A DNA stretch of 64,000 nucleotides from Piromyces finnis finn (lineage: Eukaryota > Fungi > Neocallimastigomycota), in contig MCFH01000033.1 in the NCBI GenBank assembly GCA_002104945.1, positions 124,001 to 188,000 on the forward strand, in the 5' to 3' direction. The notes beneath the pieces were generated by a model that saw nothing but the letters and a program-made list of their open reading frames with translations, did not search any database and was not told the origin of the DNA. Made by a program: the position numbers and the translations under genes. Below, one piece after another: positions 63,201-64,000 of this stretch (the stretch's first letter is position 1; the number at the start of each line of letters is the position of its first letter).

Positions 63201-64000
63201 TACATGCCCACTTTTAGAGGCTTGTAGTAACATGGAAGATAATAATGATAAAGATATTAAAAATAAAAAAAGAGAGATTGCAATAGAAATTATTAAATCA
63301 TTAATTTCCTATGCTGATTCTAAAAATATATATTTAGATATAAACGCAAAAAATGATAATTTATTTAATGCTATTGATTATGCATGTTATAAAAATAGTA
63401 TTGAAATATTAGAATTATTAAGTGACTATTCTGATAATAAAAGTATACTATTGGATGTTAATGCATATAATATGCATAAAAAATGTCCACTCATTTACTC
63501 TGTTACTGATGGTAACATTGAAATTGTAAAATTTTTAATGGCTTATGCCGATAGGAAAAATATAGAATTGAATATTAATATTAAAGATAATCAAAAAGCA
63601 TTGCCAATTCTCAATGCTATCTATTATAAGCATCCTAGTATTGCTGAATTACTAATTGATTATGCCAAGTCTAGAAATATAGTATTGAATATTAATGATA
63701 TCGATGAAGATGGACGTTATGCATTATATTATGCAATTTCATATAATTATTTTAAAATTACAAAATTATTAATGAATCATGCCAATGAAAAAGGAATAGT
63801 TCTAACTTTAAATGAAACAATAGAGATAGAGATAAATGGAAAAATAATAAATGATTATCCATTTTTAGCAGCAGTACGTTCAAACAATAATGGAATGGTA
63901 AATCAAATAATCAAATATGCTAAGGATAAAAATATAATATTAGATATTAACAATAAATCAAAAGATTCTCCTTCTCCACTTTTATTAGCTGTTTCTAATA
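60238..64000 (+). CDS. Very long intronless ankyrin-repeat protein (at least 1254 aa, truncated by the window end)
   Basis: Frame-1 ORF starting MNILKDIINNNTEN and open to 64000. About 30 repeats of consensus YPLLxAIxNNNxEIxKLLIxYAxxxNIxLxINEKNxxG. Missing from the ORF track because there is no stop codon in the window. Confidence 0.93.
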   Translation, partial: MNILKDIINNNTENVKKIFKNNKKINILEKNEDGSGSLLCAIKNNNLEITKLIINYANAEGIILNINEKNNEKYFPLLWAIRNNNVEITELIMEYANSRNIILDINGKDNNGKYPLLWIIEKNYKEISKLLIKYANDKNIMINVNEKDRYEWYPVSLAANNNSIENMELLINYTKEKNIILNINENSFDDETPISICINKNYFDIIKLLIQYANEKNIILKNLMIKYENGEYPIQWAIRNDKMEITKLLIAYSNIRNKPLYINEKNEKNEYPLYWAVRNNNIEMMELLIKYAKDNDIELKLNERTKDGSFPLLWAIRNNNIEILKKLIDSIDNKDLLYINEGDEDGYPIYWAVHNNNIEIVKLLVKFALESKIDLKINEKGKGGWYPFLSGIKNNNPEILKLLINYAKESHFKLEIEEINEINKGWYPLILAIENGNIENIKLIINYADNANNYYNKPLNIERRNEKGDFPLLLAIKNNKYDIIELLIDYAKTWKIESTIINKKYSIDDENSYNNTFPLLYSIKNNNTKITKLLIEHTNTEYINEKNKNGEYPLYWAVRNNNIEIIETLIKQATHENISLIINEKDKDEWYPLLWALENNNIEITKLLMDYAKEKNIKLLITEKNKKKLFPLLLAIHNDNMEMIKLLIDYAASQNIRLYINQNQIKQCKNSNTDVLEMLKQNKITNDFELDVSVDETFSRENNTFLQTFNKVIKDIELYKKDPENKNIELNINIKNQDGWYPLLFAIRNNNVGNVKSLIEYAKDNNMILEFNEKNKDGWYPLLLAVRNNNIEIFDLLKGYSEYVKKPLIIDENNNNKDKCYPLLLAIKKNNTKIAKLLIDYSIKKKIILNINGKDIKGFSPLYHAIKNKNIEITELLINYSKKKSIPLIIDEEIKIVKKKENIKSYPLFLAINKNCTRIVKQLIDYANSQKILLPINEKFERIKRNKKIKWYPLYEAITNNNIEIVKMIIEYANNNNILLEINENICNTCPLLEACSNMEDNNDKDIKNKKREIAIEIIKSLISYADSKNIYLDINAKNDNLFNAIDYACYKNSIEILELLSDYSDNKSILLDVNAYNMHKKCPLIYSVTDGNIEIVKFLMAYADRKNIELNINIKDNQKALPILNAIYYKHPSIAELLIDYAKSRNIVLNINDIDEDGRYALYYAISYNYFKITKLLMNHANEKGIVLTLNETIEIEINGKIINDYPFLAAVRSNNNGMVNQIIKYAKDKNIILDINNKSKDSPSPLLLAVSN

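Noticed and set aside
60238-64000. Regularly spaced repeats considered as a CRISPR-like or DNA repeat array
   Set aside because: The periodicity is at the protein level (39-aa ankyrin units) with diverged nucleotides, and there is no repeat-spacer structure.

Overview
Very AT-rich (about 80%+ by eye) eukaryotic DNA with many short GT-AG introns, long (AAT)n microsatellites and intronless ankyrin expansions. This best fits an anaerobic gut fungus (Neocallimastigomycota); the taxon is inferred from composition and gene content. I could reconstruct 15 protein-coding genes: CLF1 (-, cut by window start), a DONSON homolog (+), STE24 (-), importin alpha (+), an ankyrin protein (+), a 1060-aa PPR-like orphan (+), an F-box protein (+), a FANK1-like FN3-ankyrin protein (+), REV3 (+), a beta-helix/EGF/class-C 7TM receptor (+), a GAF-PDE (-), OST3/6 (+), an intronless RNase H (-), a PASK-like kinase (+) and ZNF706/4F5 (+). 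A sixteenth, a >1250-aa ankyrin ORF (+), runs off the window end and is absent from the ORF track. The top candidates are: (1) an intronless RNase HI with a Firmicutes-type catalytic domain and three tandem hybrid-binding domains at an exact 70-aa period, probably gained by horizontal transfer and then amplified internally; (2) a DONSON CMG-assembly factor, which budding yeast lacks; (3) animal-like or flagellate signalling genes (PDE11-like GAF-PDE, FANK1-like). Family assignments come from recalled motifs, not database searches. No rRNA, tRNA or CRISPR array was seen.
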